Origin: Octopus sinensis
Lineage: Eukaryota
Direction: 5' to 3'
DNA: 64,000 nt
NCBI RefSeq assembly: GCF_006345805.1
Contig: NC_042997.1
Coordinates: 124,868,001-124,932,000 of the forward strand
The first letter of the stretch is position 1. Each line of letters begins with the position of its first letter. The position numbers and the translations under genes are program-made. Shown piece after piece: positions 39,149 through 51,912 of the stretch. The notes below the pieces were generated by a model. It searched no databases. It was not told the origin of the DNA and saw only the letters and a list, made by a program, of their open reading frames with translations.

Positions 39149-39295
39149 ACATCGAAAAATACCTTAGAAATGAGAACTCAGGTTAGAAATTTCTTCAAGA
39201 CACCTGAAGAGGGCTGGAGGGTATATCAACCAAAACGGTGTGTTAACAACAAACAAGATGATGACAAATATCCGTCAAATGTAAGTAATGTAAAT
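39149..39295 (+). mobile_element. Tail of the hammerhead-bearing element (second copy, no head seen)
   Basis: Homologous to 54661-54806. Degenerate hammerhead core at 39199-39244. Confidence 0.75.
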
Positions 39296-39304
39296 AGTTT
39301 TTCC

Positions 39305-39747
39305 TCTTTACTCTTCTACTTGTTTTAGTCATTTGACTGTGGCCACGCTGGAGCACCGCCTTTAGTCGAGCAAATCAACCTAGTACTTATTCTTTGTAAG
39401 CCTAGTACTTATTCTATCGGTTTCCTTTGCCGAACCGCTAAGTTACGGGGACGTAAACACACCAGCATCGGTTGTCAAGCGATGTTGGGGGGGGGCAAAG
39501 AGAGGCAGACAAACACACACACATTCATACATACATACATACATACATACATACATACATACATACATACATACATACATACGACAGGCTTCTTTCAATT
39601 TCCGTCTAGCAAATTCACTCACAAGGCTTTGGTTGGCCCGAGGCTATAGTAGAAGACACTTGCCCAAGGTGCCACGCAGTGGGACTTAACCCGGAACCAT
39701 GTGGTTCATAAGCAAGCTACTTACCACACAGCCACTCCTACGCCTTT
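39305..39747 (-). mobile_element. Complete family B SINE
   Basis: tRNA-like head, CORE-like ACCTTGGGCAAGTG, internal (TATG)n and tail, all on the minus strand. Confidence 0.88.
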
Positions 39748-41431
39748 GTAAATAATGTACATAATTCCTCATTTCTTAAATATAGAACTGTATCTGTATA
39801 TTTCTTTTCACGTTTTGGTATTTCACGTCAAAATGTCTACACGAAACGCACCTTAGAGCCGCAAAAATAATGCAACAGCTCACGAAACAAATAAAATGAC
39901 AGCACATAAACAAATTAGCGACAGAATGGACATTTTCAACAAAAAGAAAAATAAAGTACATTTAAATGAACATTTTATAAAAAAAATTAAATTATTTCAA
40001 ACAATTTAGCCAATATTTTGAACGAAATCAGTAACAATAACAACAACTCTAAAGACAGTTTCTTACTGAAAAATATGCTAGACAATGAATACAGTAACAG
40101 TATTAACGAGACCGGTTTCACTTCTGTCATTTCACACTCGGTGATTTTCAAAATTGACAAAGTTACCTGAAAAATAGAATTGAATGGAAAAAGTTTGTAA
40201 ACCAGACAGTGTCTATTTGCTCCAGGGAATTTCAGGAGGAAAAAGAAAAATAATATCATTGTTTCAAAATTGAATGACAAGGTTTCCACCTTCGAAACAA
40301 ATGACAGATGCACTAAATATCGGGTGACAGTTTCTCGACTAAAAGATGTAAAGATTATGGTACAGTTTGCTATAATTTTCCGTCCGAAAACTCGATCAAG
40401 ACAGGCTGAAATATTTAGACAGATCTCAACCCATACATAGTATTTGGGACTCACGAATACAAGGGTAAAGACAAAGAACAATGGGAATGCTGTTGGCCAG
40501 AGACTGGTTGCCACATGTGTATCACAATATGGGCAGGTACAGCGATGAGATGAGGTGAGATCTGGTCTGGTTACGGACGTCAACATGAGTTTGCAAGCTC
40601 TAGCCAACATGCTTCGTATGTTTTTCAAATTTATATTTAATATTTTAATACTTATTTTATTTTATATTCATTTTACTTTTACTAAAATTTTACTTCGTCT
40701 ATCTTATAACTTTCTCACACCTCGCTTTTTTATATGACTTTGTCTAACCAAGAAACATGTTGTAAATATCATTGCCTGTAATATTCGTTGCATATTTGGA
40801 TCGTTTGAATGCTTATAGCTAATAAAGAAATCATCATCATCGTCATAATCATCATCAAATTTGGGCGCGGTGGTTAACCAATAGCATGGTACTTTATAAA
40901 CTAGTACCTGTGAAGTACTATCCTATTCCACTCAACATTGTAGTCATTATGCCTAAATCAGAAACCGTTATCATTATCATCATCACAGCCACAAGTGGAG
41001 AGTGGTGTGTAGAAGCGATAGTACGTTAGGTTAACAATATTGTGTTATTTAATTACGGCTAGTTCAAATCCTACTAATTCAATCTTTGTCTTTTTCACTT
41101 CAAAGTCGATAAAAGTGTGTAGCGATGTGCCTTTTCAATTAATTTGATGTCTTCCAATAAATGGGTAGCCTTAGGCCGATGCAAGAAATCCTTATTAGTA
41201 ACGACATATTACTGAAGATGAATCTTTATTTTTCGCCCATAGCATAGACCTGCTAATAACTTCTATTAATTCCTTCAAAACTTCGTTCCAGAATAAAATC
41301 TCTTACATAAATAGCAGCATTTATTTAAATCTGTCTTGAATATTTTTACAAAGAATCCCCTAAGTGCTCGTTCAATCTAAAATGCAACAAATCCCACCCG
41401 ACAATTTTTCATAACACGAAAAAGGATATAA

Positions 41432-41790
41432 ACGTAGTTGTGTGGTAAGAGGCTGGTTTCCCAAGCTCATGGTTCCGGGTTCAGTCCCACGGCGTGGCAC
41501 CTTGGGCAAGTATAATACATTAAAGCTTTGCGCGTGGATTTCGTTGACAGAATCTAAAGGAAGTCCATCGTGTGTGTGAGTTGGGGAGAGGTTGTATCTG
41601 TGTTTGTCCTCCACCACCGCCTGACAACCAGTGTTGGTGTAACAATCGTAACTTAGTGTTTCGGCAAAAGACACCGATAGAATAAGTACCAGGATTTTAA
41701 AAAATAAACACTGGTATCGATTTGTTCTTCAAAGCGGTGTCCCAGTATGGCTGCAGTTTAATGACCGAAACAAGTAAAATAAAAAGTAAA
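41432..41790 (+). mobile_element. Family B SINE
   Basis: GTAGTTGTGTGGTAAG...GGTTCCGGGTTCAGTCCCAC..GGCACCTTGGGCAAG...GAAACAAGTAAAA. Confidence 0.82.
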
Positions 41791-42010
41791 GCAATGCGAA
41801 ATGTAAGACATCTATTCATGAAAAAGATATAAGGAGGATCATGGCTGAAATGACTTCGATCATAGGCCTACTCTGAGAGATCCACGAGCACGTATTTATT
41901 TATCGAATAGGACGTATATGTTCTGCTGTGGAAGAATCAACGCGACATAGCGTTCATTTTGCATAGCAGGTAAAATTCACCTGATAGTTTTATTATATAG
42001 TTTCAACCTT

Positions 42011-42525
42011 AAAGACGGCGATCTGGCAGAAACGTAGCACGCCGGGCGAAATGCTTAGCGGTATTTTGTCTGCCGCTACTTTCTGAGTTCAAATTCAGCA
42101 GAGGTTGACTTTGCATTTCATCCTTTCGGGGTAGATTAAATAAGTACCAGTTACGCATTGGAGTCGATATAATCGACTTAATCCGTTTGTCTGTCCTTGT
42201 TTGTCCTCTCTGTGTTTAGCCCCTTGTGGGTAGTAAAGAAATAGGTATTTCGTCTGCCGCTACGTTCTGAGTTCAAATTCCGCCGAGGTCGATCTTGCCT
42301 TTCATCATTTTGGGATCGATATATTAAACACCTGAAATCGTCATTCCACCGCCGTGGAGGCCTTCCGAGTGGTCGTTTCCGCTGGCGCGGTTACCACTGG
42401 ACAGCTTGCTGTGATCAGCGGTGTCAAATGGACGCCCGATGCACTGGTCAATGCGTACTGGGGTCAATCTATTTAACTGGCCCCCTCCACAAAAATTTTG
42501 AGACTTGTGCCTAGAGTAGAAATAT
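42011..42525 (+). mobile_element. Family A SINE dimer carrying a 120-bp foreign insert
   Basis: Junction AAAGAAATA|GGTATTTCG at 42243/42244. Second unit ends in tail iii. Insert at 42333-42452. Confidence 0.82.
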
Positions 42526-43274
42526 TATAGATTCTAACCAAGTAACTCCATTTACATGTTATGGATCGTTCACGAGGATATAAAGAAATGACATGTGCTC
42601 AAACCTATGTGTCTGGGACCACCTGGTTGCAAAGTGAAGTTCCTAACCTTTCGGCCATACTACAACTTTTCGGAAGTCTTACTAATGTAAAAGTATAATC
42701 TAATAACTGATCATGACAGCTGTCTTTTATGTGGGCCATTGTTTCTTTCGATCTCTCGCTTTCTTTCTCTCTTTCTTCATTTCTCCTACTCTCTCTTTCC
42801 CTCCCTATTTTTCTCTTTCCGTCCATCTCCGTCTCTTTTCATGATATTGCCTTTGGTCCAGTTATTGGTAGATCGAAATGTAATAATTACTGGATAAATT
42901 ACTGATCCGTTAACAATATTTCGAAAAAGGCTTGTTTACGTATGTGTGTTATTTACAGTGATGGCTAATATTCACGCATATGCCCTGTAAAGTATCATGG
43001 CAATAATTTCTTTCGAGAATTTTCTTGCTGCGATGAGAATTGGTTTGCTGCGTATTGTAAGACCGTATGTGTCACAAATGCCTTCGAGGGACACACTTTC
43101 TCTTTATTTCTGGCAAACGTGTGAGTATATCTATCTATCTTAGATTATATATATACACAAACACATGCACACATGTGTGTGTGTATGTATATATATATTT
43201 ACATATATGTATGTATGTATATGTATATATACATATATATATTGAGTACATATGTATATATTGAATATATGTGC

Positions 43275-43367
<93 letters not shown>

Positions 43368-43779
43368 TCACATGTATATGTGTGTGTATGCATATATACA
43401 TATATCCAATTTATAAATGCATATCCAATATGTATTCGTTTATGTATATATGTGTGCGTGTATATAAAATATTATGTAAGTGCATGTTTGAGTGTATGTG
43501 CTTATAGCAGTATGTAACCGCGGATGTATTTGAAGATACTTTCCATTGACCAGCTTCAGGGATAATAAGATATGTGTGTTTAAGTAAGACTTTTATGCTG
43601 GTTTCAGTTGTCTACATTGATGGTGGGAAGCCGGAATCCTTGCATGTTTGTGTTTAATTTATGTTGGAACTACCAATATCGATAAGTTATACCAGGATTC
43701 GGTCTACACATATTATATAGATTTTTACCTCTATATGTAAACCTTTATGTTTATTAACGTTCTTCCAAACAACGACCAC

Positions 43780-44622
43780 ATTAGCACCTATACATTGTAT
43801 GGCTAGATCTTGCCAATGCATATGGATCTGTTCCACACGCACTAATTCAAGCAGCTATGGACTTCTATGGGATTCCAGAAGATGTACAACGAATACTCAT
43901 GTGTAACTATGATAACTTGAGGATGAGATTTACAGCAGGGAGGTTCACAACGGTGTAGCAACGGCTTGAAGTAGGTATTCAGCTGGATTCACGATATCAG
44001 TCATCATATTTGTGCTAGTCATGGAGATGTTATTAACATCAATAAACTCTGAGAAATCTGTTACAAAGACACCATTAAGGCCTTTTGTGGACGAAGTTAC
44101 TGTATTATCAGAAAGTAGAGAAGCAGCAGATGGAACGTTAGAGCGGTTGGACGAACTAATAGGATGGGCGAGAATGAAATTCAAGGCCAAAAAATCTCGA
44201 AGCGTGGCTTTCGTGAAAGAAGTCCAAAAAAAAAGTGAAATTCAGGATAGGAGGCGAAGGTATACCAACGGTGAAAGAACAACCAGTAAAGAGTCTCGGC
44301 AGATGATACAGAAATTTATTAAATGATAAGAAGCAAAGCAAAGAAACATACGGTTTAGTGGAACAAGGACTGAAGGCAATTGACAGAACATTACCGGTTA
44401 AATTCAAATGTTGGATACCGCAATTTGGACTGTACCTAAGGATAATGTGACCGCTGAAAATATACGAAATAGCCTCGGGTATAGTAGAAAGGTTGGAACA
44501 AAGACGCAGTGTGTTTATCAGAAAATGGTTTGGTCTTCCAAAACCACAACTGCACTATATGGAAAACCCGTGCTGCAACTACCGATAACATCAATGCCGA
44601 AGCATATAAGGCAGGAAAGGCA
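43780..44622 (+). mobile_element. Degenerate Hero-like (RLE-type) LINE reverse transcriptase fragment
   Basis: IVWLDLANAYGSVPH.LI, QRLEVGI..G.TISVIIF, PFVDEVT, GWARMKFKAKKSRS, VKSLG and KFKCW...RKWFGLP..ALYG..LQLP, as in Hero-clade RTs. Confidence 0.78.
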
Positions 44623-44624
44623 AG

Positions 44625-44846
44625 GAATTCCTTTCAACACATAGCCATGATACTCCCCCACTACTTATGCTCGTGATCAGAGATGCACATATCGTCAGCC
44701 ACCAAGTTACATGCTTAGGTGAAACAACAGACAAACAAATCTGTGGTATTGAGCAGAATATTTGCTGTAGCCCATCTTTTATACCAAGGCAAAGCAATGT
44801 ACATGATAACACTTCCAATCAGTTAAGATCAAAAGCCATGACAGCC
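44625..44846 (+). mobile_element. Partial copy of the 540-bp element, followed by (ATT)n
   Basis: Reverse complement of 11230-11450. (ATT)n at about 44850-44945. Confidence 0.8.
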
Positions 44847-44862
44847 TGTTATTATTAATACC

Positions 44863-44893
<31 letters not shown>

Positions 44894-46029
44894 TATTATT
44901 ATTATTATTATTATTATATTATTATTATTATTATCATTATTATATGCTTTTCATATTTTCGGGGCCATTAAAATAAGTAGCAGTTCGATAAAATAAATAG
45001 CAGTTCAGCTCCGAGGTCAATGTAGCTTTGACACAAGCAGAGATGGCAAAGTGGATTATATGGAACCCACAACTTGACTGGAACTTTTGTGTCAAGCATC
45101 GCTTTCGATGTAATCAACACTTCCTCTAAATTTGCCGGCCTTGTACTAAAAATTCAAGCAGTTACTATCATTGTTATTATTATTGTTATTGTTGTTCTTG
45201 AATTATGCATGATGAAGATTGTTGGTGATGGCGGTGATGGTGGTGGCGGCGGCTGTGGCGTTGGTGTTGTTGTTGTTGTTGTTGGGGGAGGATGGCGGTG
45301 GTATTGATGTCATCCTGCAATGAATGGATGGATTCAGAAAAGTTGATAAAAATAGAAATATATAAACTGTACCAACGTAATTATATTTTGCAGATAACAA
45401 GTGACAACAACAACAACAACAACAACAACAACTATAAAGAAACATTACAAGGTAACAGTGATTACTACAACTATAACAACAACAACAACAACAACAACAA
45501 CAACGGAGGACGGTGACGGCTGAAATAACAGTTGGAAGAACCGCAGCAATTACAACAAATGTAGTTGTAATGATTACAAAATAACAGCCGCCATTATAGC
45601 AACAAAAATAAGGATAAAAACAACAACAATAATAATAATAATAACAACGGGAATAAAAATGATAATGATATCAACAATAATATAATGCAACAATAATGAC
45701 TATGAAACAACAAAAAGGATAAGTTTAAACAGGAGCAAAGTCATCAAAAACAAATCGAAGAAAAGCAGAGGCACGGAAGCAACAATGACAGCCATATTAA
45801 GGCGATGAGAAATTTAACAACAGCAACATGAAGGATGGTGATCTGAATTCCCCGGTAAAAGTAACGTTAGCAACAACAATATTAAGAACAACATGAATAA
45901 AATGGCGGGCACGCTGTTGTTGTTGTTGCTGTTGTTGTTGCTAACAAAAGAATGACATTTGTGAAGTATCTTTGAAAAGAAGACTTAGGAAATATTGAAG
46001 GATAAGAGTTCAGGTTCTTAATGTTTCGT

Positions 46030-46978
46030 CGTCGTGGTGGTTGGGGCTGGAAGTGAGGATGGAGGTTGTAGTAGTGGTGGTGGGGGGAGGGGTGATTGCG
46101 GTGTAGTAGTGGTTGTAGTGTTGGTGATTGTTGCAGTGGTAGGGTTTGTAGCTGTGGTGGCTGTAGTGGTGCTTCTGATCGTGGTTATGGTGGTGGTGGT
46201 GGTGGTGATGGTGGTGGTAGTGGTGGTGGTGGTGGATATGGTGGTAGCAGTAGCTGTATTGGTGGTTGTAATGGTGGTAGTGGTGATGATGGTGATGGTG
46301 TGCTGGTGATGGCACTGCTGGTGGTGATAACGGTGTAGCTGTGGTGGTTGTAGTGGTGGTTGTGATCGTGGTTATGATGGTGGTGGTGATGGTGATGGTG
46401 GTGATGGTGGTGGTGGTGGTGGTTGTGGTGGTGGTGGTGGTGGTGGTGATGGTGGACATGGCGGTAGTAGTAACTGTATTGGTGGTTGTAATGGTGGTGG
46501 TGGTGGTGATGGTGGATATGGTGGTTGTAGTGGTGGTTATGGTGGTGGTGGCGGTGGTGATGGTGATGGTGCTGATGGTGGTGGTGCTGATGGTGGATAT
46601 GGTGGTAGCTGTAACTGTATTGGTGGTTGTAATGGTGGTGGTGGTGGTGGATGTGGTGGTGGTGGTAGTGGTGGAGGTGATGGTAGCCGCGGTGGTGATG
46701 GTTGCCGCAGCGGCAGTGGAGGTGGAGGAGCCGGAGCTGGTTTTAGCAGTGAGGTGGCGCGTCGGTGGTAGTTGTAATGACGGTGCTGCTTTGGATAGAG
46801 ATGGTAGAGTTTGTGGTATCGTGGGATAGCGTAGTGGTAGCAATAGTAGTTGCAGTGACGCTGCAATTATTTGTGGTATAGGTAGAAGTGCTGTCGTTTG
46901 TAGTGGTATTTGTTGATATGGTAGCGGTGATGGTAGTGCTGATGGTGATAGTGGCGGCACTGCAGCTCATTCAGCTGA

Positions 46979-47044
<66 letters not shown>

Positions 47045-47105
47045 CGGTGGTGGTGGTGGTGGTGGTGGTGGTGGTGGTGGTAGTGGTGGTGGTGGTGGTG
47101 GTAGC

Positions 47106-47141
<36 letters not shown>

Positions 47142-47204
47142 GGTGGTGGTGGTGCTGGTAGTGGTGGTGGTGGTAGCAGTAGTGGTAGTAGTAGCAGCAG
47201 CCTC

Positions 47205-47245
<41 letters not shown>

Positions 47246-47282
47246 CAGTAGTAGCAGTAGTAGCAGCGACAGCAGCAGCAGC

Positions 47283-47328
<46 letters not shown>

Positions 47329-47450
47329 TGGCTGCTTATCATGATTTTTGTGGGGTGGGGACATAATTGGTAGTGAGGAAGATAACGGATGTGGTAGCGA
47401 TAGTATTCCTGGAAGTAGTAGAGTTGGTGGTAGTATTTGAAGTAGTACAA
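46030..47450. repeat. Compound (GGT/GAT/AGT/TAG/GCA)n low-complexity tract
   Basis: Direct reading. Contains a thrice-repeated motif of about 45 bp. Confidence 0.88.
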
Positions 47451-48007
47451 GTGACGATCGTCATAATGATAGTAAGGCGGACGCCGTCGTTGTCATGATA
47501 GGTGAGGTGAATATGGTGATGGAGGGAGGGGAAGCGATGTAGTAAAGATGTTGTTTGTGTTGGAGGCGTTTCTGGTGCTTGTCTGTGTTCGATGGTGTAA
47601 GTGTATATATGTGACGTATTTTCATGATAATGTGGTTAAGCGTATTGTTTATACGTCTATTTTATAAATATTTCAATTCTTCCTGCGAGGAAACCACTAG
47701 TTTCTTACAACGAAAAGAAATGCCATCGCTGGAATTCGGATCACAACAACAAGTTTTCTGATCCAAATGCTGAAATTTAATAATTACTCGCATATTTCTG
47801 CTGTTCCCCTAATAGATTCTGTTCGGAATACACAATCTGGCATTTCAATTCCTTTGTCGGACAATTGGACATTTTCAAAAATGTCACTTAAATATTTATT
47901 AACTTAACAAAGTGCATCAATTGGTATGAATGTGAATATAAAATCAGGTCAGAGAAATTGCAGTTTTTCTACCAATTGTCAATAAATAGCCAACTTATTT
48001 TGGAAGG

Positions 48008-48234
48008 AAAGTTCACATCAACAGAGCAACAGACATCGATGAATTTTCAGGGTTTTATTGTTGTTTTTCCTTTCCTTTTCTGTTCCATACAACTATACAG
48101 AATCAGTTACATTTGCATTTAGCTGTTTTAATATGTCTGCAGACATATGTATCACGTATTATATTTCTGTATGTGTGCATATATAGACGTGTGTGTATTG
48201 TGTATCATTCTGTAACTAACATGTGTATACAGAA

Positions 48235-48298
<64 letters not shown>

Positions 48299-48556
48299 TC
48301 ACATCAACAGAGCAACAGACATCGATGAATTTTCAGGGTTTTATCGTTGTTTTTCCTTTCTTTTTCTGTTCCATACAACTATACAGAATCAGTTACATTT
48401 GCATTTAGCTGTTTTAATATGTCTGCAGACATATGTATCACGTATTATATTTCTGTATGTGTGCATATATAGACGTGTGTGTATTGTGTATCATTCTGTA
48501 ACTAACATGTGTATACAGAAATATATTATATAATATATATATATATATATAATATA

Positions 48557-48598
<42 letters not shown>

Positions 48599-48619
48599 AT
48601 ATATATGTGTATGTATATA

Positions 48620-48659
<40 letters not shown>

Positions 48660-48686
48660 TACACACACACACGCACACACACACAC

Positions 48687-48719
<33 letters not shown>

Positions 48720-48765
48720 TATATATATATATATATACATACACATATATACACACACACCACAC

Positions 48766-48822
<57 letters not shown>

Positions 48823-48840
48823 CATACACATATATATACA

Positions 48841-48917
<77 letters not shown>

Positions 48918-49137
48918 CTGTATACACATGTTAGTTACAGAATGATACACAATACACACACGTCTATATATGCACACATACAGAAATATAATACGTGATA
49001 CATATGTCTGCAGACATATTAAAACAGCTAAATGCAAATGTAACTGATTCTGTATAGTTGTATGGAACAGAAAAAGAAAGGAAAAACAACGATAAAACCC
49101 TGAAAATTCATCGATGTCTGTTGCTCTGTTGATGTGA

Positions 49138-49142
<5 letters not shown>
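48008..49142. repeat. 229-bp unit present three times (direct, direct, inverted) within (TA)n
   Basis: Copies at 48008-48236, 48294-48522 and 48914-49142 (inverted). Confidence 0.92.
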
Positions 49143-49224
<82 letters not shown>

Positions 49225-49645
49225 GCATCTGTATGTGTTTATAAGTGCTGTGTAACTATATTCGTCTATGCATATATACATGCATCGTTTATCTATATGC
49301 GTACATATAGATATATGCTTATATATATCTATGTTGGCAAGATTGTATATATTGTGTATTTATGTACGTGTATCAATGTGTATACGATTATGTGTTGTGT
49401 ATATGTGTATGTATACATGTGTGTGTGTGTGTGTGTTTGTGTGTATAAATGTAACATGACTTTACATCTGTTCATAGATGTGTAATTTTCATAATATATT
49501 TGGTGTATGATTGTCTTCGTGCGAATGTGAAACTGCACATGGTTGAATATTCCCTGTGTCAAATCTGCAAACCATTCTCGTTTCACAAATTTAGATATAT
49601 CTATCTATGAAATGTCCATATGTTGTAGACTACTATGCATAAATT

Positions 49646-49688
<43 letters not shown>

Positions 49689-49799
49689 GAATGAGCAAAA
49701 GCAAGAAAAAACAAACGGTGAGGGACAAATATAACGCTTCAAAAGAAAGGAAGAATGAAGCTTTCGGATTTGGACGCTATTCATGGTAAAAAAGAAATA

Positions 49800-50170
49800 A
49801 AACAAAGAAGGCGCAGAAGTGCAGCAAGCGGAGCCTGTCCAAGATATGCACAGTGCCTGAGCATTGATGACCTGAGGAGATATGTCGTACAGCTGGCGAC
49901 ACGTGTGGGATGGATCCAGCTCGCAGCTGAGCCTGTTGTGGGTATTGTCACGCCCTCTGTTGCTGGGAACAGCAAGCTTTTATTATGTCTGATTGCTTTA
50001 ACAAAATGGAGTGGTGAATGAGATTGCAAGGACTGAAAATAAGCGATTTCGTCTTTGGCCAAGCCATCATCTTTGTTTTCAGCTTTCACTTGAAAAGAAA
50101 AGCGACCATGGAGAAATTTGTTGAAAAGTGGATGAGAACGCTGAGCAGAGGAAGGGTATTGTTTGTTTAT
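49800..50170 (+). mobile_element. 3' end relic of an L1/Tx1-like LINE
   Basis: ACPRY..C.SIDDL..YV.QL (degenerate CCHC) followed by W*MRLQGLK..F.FGQAII..FSFHLKRK. Recognition only. Confidence 0.5.
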
Positions 50171-50354
50171 AGATTGCAGAAGAACAAATGAGAGAGGGCA
50201 CTTGCTTCAGAAATCTCGACATACGTAGCTTTTGTGGCGTTGTCATGTGTAACCCTGGGAAAGTTTCCCAATTATTGGGGATATTATCTTTGTTTAGGTT
50301 TTTTATTTTTTATTTTTTGTTGTTTTTTTTTTGTTAATAGATACAGAATATTTA

Positions 50355-50550
50355 CTGCACCAGGAAAAATACTTGGCGGCATTTCTTCCGAGTTTACGTT
50401 CCATGTTCAAATTCCACCGAGGTCGACTTTGCCTTTTATCCTTTCGGGGTCGATAAAATAAGTACCAGTTGAGCACTGGAGATCAATGAAACCGACTTTC
50501 CCACTACCTCGAAACTGCTGGCCTTATGCCAAAATTTAAAACCATAATTA
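50355..50550 (+). mobile_element. Family A SINE (tail ii)
   Basis: GTTCAAATTCCACCGAGGTCGACTTTGCC..GGGGTCGATAAAATAAGTACCAG...GCTGGCCTTATGCCAAAATTT. Confidence 0.8.
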
Positions 50551-50559
50551 TTATCATGT

Positions 50560-50571
50560 AGCAGCAGCAGC

Positions 50572-50631
<60 letters not shown>

Positions 50632-50790
50632 TGTAGTAGTAGTAGTAGTGGTGGTGGTGGTGGTGGTGGTGGTGGCGGTGGTGGTGGTGGTGGCGGTGGT
50701 GGTGGTGGTATGGTGGTGGTGGTGGTGGTGGTGGTGGTATGGTGGTGGTGGTGGTGGTGGTGGTGGTGGTGGTGGTGGTAGTGATGGTGG
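50560..50790. repeat. (TAG)n/(GGT)n microsatellite
   Basis: Direct reading. Confidence 0.9.
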
Positions 50791-51172
50791 TGTTTTGTTA
50801 ATATTTCCATTATTGTGCTTGTTATTCTTGTTGTCGCCGTTCTGTTTACGCTTGTTTTTTTGTTGTCGTTTCCTCGTTGTAGTCGTGGCTGTCTTTCAGC
50901 AGACAGCGAGATTTTGATTTGTTTTTTTTTTTTATTTTCCACATTCGATCGATATTCATTAATTGACATTAAATCTAATATTGAAATACAGATTTGCATA
51001 TACAGTCTACATACCTCGCACACAAAGTACAATATGTAGAGATGACTATGTCTGAGAGTAGATGAATATCATTTTGCATTCATACACAAATAAATATAAT
51101 GTACATACATATAGTATATATTATATATGTATATATATATATATTTATATATTATATATATATATGTGTGTG

Positions 51173-51225
<53 letters not shown>

Positions 51226-51840
51226 GTATATATATATGCATTTATGTATGGATGTATTTATCAATTTGTCCTTTGTCCTTTACCGTTAATCGTTTCCACG
51301 TTCCATTTTGGTTTTTCATTAATATTCTTAGCACACACAGCCTCCTACCATTTTCTCCCACCTACCGACGTCCCCCTCTCTCGTTGCGACCATTGTATCT
51401 GTTTCTCCTCCTTCACTCTTACGTGTTTTCTCTTTCTCTGCCTTTCTCTTGTTTACACTGTCATTTTAATATTTTTCTCTTGCTCTCCAGACGACTTACT
51501 AATATTTTCGTTCTCGCTATATTTCTTTTGTGTTTCTCTTGGATTTTTGCCTATTCTCTTTCACACTTACTTTTCTCTTACTTGACCTCTCTCACAATTC
51601 CTCGACGCTCAACCACCTCCACAGCGATTCAATCCCAAAATTCTTCCATCTTATCTTTTTTATTCTAATTCTCACGGAAGACTGAGATTCTTTAATTCTC
51701 GTCTCTCGTCTGTCTCTCCGGAATATGAGCTCTTAGTCTCTTCCTTCCATTCTTTAGAGCTGGTTCTCGGTGAATGGTGTTTTTCGCATTCCTGCTAGAA
51801 AGTATGCCATCTGTGTTTGCATAAAGATATATATGTATAT

Positions 51841-51906
<66 letters not shown>

Positions 51907-51912
<6 letters not shown>

